The notes under the pieces: generated by a model
Seen by the model: only the letters and a program-made list of their open reading frames with translations
What the model was told of the DNA's origin: nothing
Databases searched by the model: none
Made by a program: the position numbers and the translations under genes
Shown here: in pieces, positions 62,333 to 64,000 of the stretch
Position numbering within the stretch: the first letter of the stretch is position 1
Layout of the letters: every line of letters starts with the position of its first letter
From: Acidimicrobiales bacterium
GTDB taxonomy: Bacteria > Actinomycetota > Acidimicrobiia > Acidimicrobiales > SZUA-35
DNA length: 64,000 nt
Assembly (NCBI GenBank): GCA_020630195.1
Contig: JAHDBV010000008.1
Coordinates: 877-64,876 of the forward strand
Reading direction: 5' to 3'

Positions 62333-63594
62333 GCGACGATCTCGTCGAGGATGTCGACGAAGCGCTCGATGTCGGCGAACGAGTTGTAGAGCGGCACCGG
62401 GGCGGCCCGGATCACATCGGGCTCGCGCCAGTCGCAGAGGACGTGGCGGGCGGCCAGCTCGTCGAAGACCCGGCGGCCGTCACCGGCGACCACCTGCAGG
62501 GCGTACTGACAGCCGCGGTCGGCCAGGGTGGGCGGGGCGAGGTTGACGACTCGTCCGTCGAGGCGTTCGGCGAGGAGTCGGTCGAAGAAGACGATCTGAC
62601 GCTCCGACTTCGCCCGCAGCGCCCGCAGGCCTCCGGCGGCGTCGATCACGTCGAGTGAGGCTCGCAGCACGGCGATCGGCAGGATCGGCGCGTTGGACAG
62701 CTGCCACGACTCCACACTCGGGATCGCGTCGAACTCGGTCGCCATCTCGAAGCGGGTGGCGGGGTCGGTGCCCCACCAGCCGTGCAGTTTCGGGAGGTCG
62801 GGGTCGGCGACGTGGCGTTCGTGCACGTAGGCACCGGCGACACCACCGGGGCCGGAGTTGAGGTATTTGTAGGAGCACCACGCGGCGAAGTCGACGTCCC
62901 AGTCGTGCAGGGCGAGGGGAACGTTGCCGATCGCGTGGGCGAGGTCGAACCCGACCGTGGCGCCGACGGCGTGGCCGGCGGCGGTGATGTCGGCCATCGG
63001 CATCACCTGGCCGGTGTAGTACTGGACCCCGGGGAGGAACACGAGGGCGAGCTCGTCGCCGAGCCGGTCGATGGCGGCGACGATGTCGTCGCGGCGGAGG
63101 GTGTCCTCACCCTCACGTGGTGCGAGGACCTCGAGGCACTCGGCAGGGTCGAGCCCGCGTTGGCGGATCTGCGACTCGGCGACGAAGTGGTCGGAGGGGA
63201 AGGCGTGGTCCTCGATCAGGATCTTCCGGCGGCGCCCGTCGGGCCGGTAGAAGCTGATGAGCAGCAGGTGCAGGTTGACGGTGAGCCCGTTCATGGCCAC
63301 CACCTCGGCCGATCGGGCACCGACGAGGCGGGCGAGCTGGTCGGTGACGAGCTCGTGGTAGTCCTTCCAGGCGAGCTCGCCGGTGAAGTGGCCTTCGACC
63401 CCGAGGGTCTGCCACCGGTCGAACTCGATGCCGACGTGGGTCCGCGCGGCGCGGGGGAGGGCGCCGAGGGAGTTCCCGACGAGATAGATGCCCTCGGGGA
63501 GCTCGAACTCGTCACGGAACCCGGCGAGCGGGTCGGCGGCATCGAGCTCGGCGGCGGTCGCCGTGGCGGGGTCGGGGAGGCCGTCGGTGCTCAC
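62329..63594 (-). CDS. kynU: kynureninase (PLP-dependent)
   Basis: 421-aa ORF with a GTG start. Shows FDLAHAIGNVPL..., WCSYKYLNSGPGG (PLP Lys). 4-nt overlaps on both sides. Confidence 0.9.
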   Translation of the reverse strand: MSTDGLPDPATATAAELDAADPLAGFRDEFELPEGIYLVGNSLGALPRAARTHVGIEFDRWQTLGVEGHFTGELAWKDYHELVTDQLARLVGARSAEVVAMNGLTVNLHLLLISFYRPDGRRRKILIEDHAFPSDHFVAESQIRQRGLDPAECLEVLAPREGEDTLRRDDIVAAIDRLGDELALVFLPGVQYYTGQVMPMADITAAGHAVGATVGFDLAHAIGNVPLALHDWDVDFAAWCSYKYLNSGPGGVAGAYVHERHVADPDLPKLHGWWGTDPATRFEMATEFDAIPSVESWQLSNAPILPIAVLRASLDVIDAAGGLRALRAKSERQIVFFDRLLAERLDGRVVNLAPPTLADRGCQYALQVVAGDGRRVFDELAARHVLCDWREPDVIRAAPVPLYNSFADIERFVDILDEIVA

Positions 63595-64000
63595 GAGAAC
63601 GTGCCCTTGCCCTTGTGGACCACACCGCAGTTCGGGCAGGTGCGGGCCTCGAGGTCGGCGTGGTAGGCGGCGAACAGCGGGGGTAGGTCCTCGTCGATCG
63701 CCTGGACCTGCACCTCGACCCGGTGGACCCGGTGGGCGCAGTTCTCACAGACCCACTCGAACCCGTCGAGTTCGCCGGGGTCCCGCTGGTACTCGACGAC
63801 GAGTCCGATCGAGTCGGGATCGGGCCGTTGGGGTGAGTGCCGGACGTGGGGCGGCAGGAGGAAGATCTCGCCTTCACGGATCGGGAGGTCGTAGGGCTCG
63901 GTGCCGTCGCCGTCCCAGATCACGAGGTTCATGTCGCCCCGGATCTGGAAGAAGAACTCCTCGCGGGGATCGTCGTGGAAGTCGTTCCGTTCGTTCCCGC
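63591..64000 (-). CDS. nbaC: 3-hydroxyanthranilate 3,4-dioxygenase; 5' end lies beyond the window end
   Basis: The ORF-track fragment 63591..63932 shows EIFLLPPHVRHSPQR plus the C-terminal CENCAH...CPNCG rubredoxin-like site. My reading upstream of the listed Met continues in frame (...NERNDFHDDPREEFFFQIRGDM...) to the window edge. The true start is therefore outside the window. Confidence 0.85.
   Translation of the reverse strand, partial: GNERNDFHDDPREEFFFQIRGDMNLVIWDGDGTEPYDLPIREGEIFLLPPHVRHSPQRPDPDSIGLVVEYQRDPGELDGFEWVCENCAHRVHRVEVQVQAIDEDLPPLFAAYHADLEARTCPNCGVVHKGKGTFS

Noticed and set aside
1-64000. Search for mobile-element or genomic-island boundaries (integrase, transposase, tRNA, flanking direct repeats) and for defence systems, toxin-antitoxin pairs, secondary-metabolite megasynthases and RNA genes
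   Set aside because: None recognised. Every substantial ORF in an acceptable frame resolves to a metabolic enzyme, regulator or lipoprotein. Non-coding gaps are all under 210 nt and contain no tRNA-like or riboswitch-like structure that I could identify by eye.

Overview
High-GC sequence (roughly 70% G+C by eye, with strong G/C bias at codon third positions). It is most consistent with a chromosomal segment of an Actinomycetota genome; a marine Acidimicrobiia-like organism is only a low-confidence guess. All family calls come from reading the translated ORFs and recognising motifs. No database search was possible, and start codons are best guesses computed from ORF-track frames.

The window is very gene dense. 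I call 55 protein-coding genes, two of which run off the window edges. I saw no rRNA or tRNA genes, no CRISPR array, and no transposase, integrase or phage genes. Most long ORFs in the track are antisense or out-of-frame artefacts of the high GC content.

Gene content is almost entirely accessory redox and catabolic metabolism, organised in tightly coupled operons with many ATGA/GTGA stop-start overlaps:
- 1-4.3 kb: two unusual Rieske-domain fusion flavoenzymes.
- 9.1-17 kb: a CoA-centred catabolic block (lactonase, CoA ligase, SDR, MaoC hydratase, LLM oxidoreductase, CaiB transferase, PhyH dioxygenase).
- 17-24.2 kb: a five-gene operon that joins a non-pyrrolysine MttB-family methyltransferase to a DMGDH-type FAD/folate demethylase, a PNPOx-like protein, an ornithine cyclodeaminase and an aminotransferase.
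- 24.3-26.8 kb: an SGNH-hydrolase lipoprotein with a large domain I cannot place.
- 26.8-36 kb: two PhyH dioxygenases, an M24 hydrolase / membrane di-iron hydroxylase / divergent PanB-like trio, and a PhyH / amidohydrolase / COG0523 GTPase trio.
- 37.2-47 kb: a LysR-headed oxygenase island (2OG-oxygenase-like protein, CoA ligase, two P450s each next to a PaaI thioesterase, a Rieske oxygenase, a zinc-ADH) with no redox partner genes.
- 47.2-49.8 kb: a nickel-pincer cofactor (lar) cluster in which LarC is split and its halves are encoded in permuted order (larC2-larE-larB-larC1), with no larA in the window.
- 49.8-52.6 kb: a NarL/DesK-type two-component system beside an acidic-repeat lipoprotein.
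- 52.7-57.7 kb: an acyl-CoA synthetase and tandem D-aminoacylase paralogues.
- 57.7-64 kb: a fully overlapped operon for the aerobic tryptophan-to-quinolinate (kynurenine) pathway, extended by an aldehyde dehydrogenase and a DapA-family enzyme.

The split and permuted lar cluster, the MttB-DMGDH operon without a corrinoid partner, and the Rieske-TPP fusion are the items I consider most worth follow-up.
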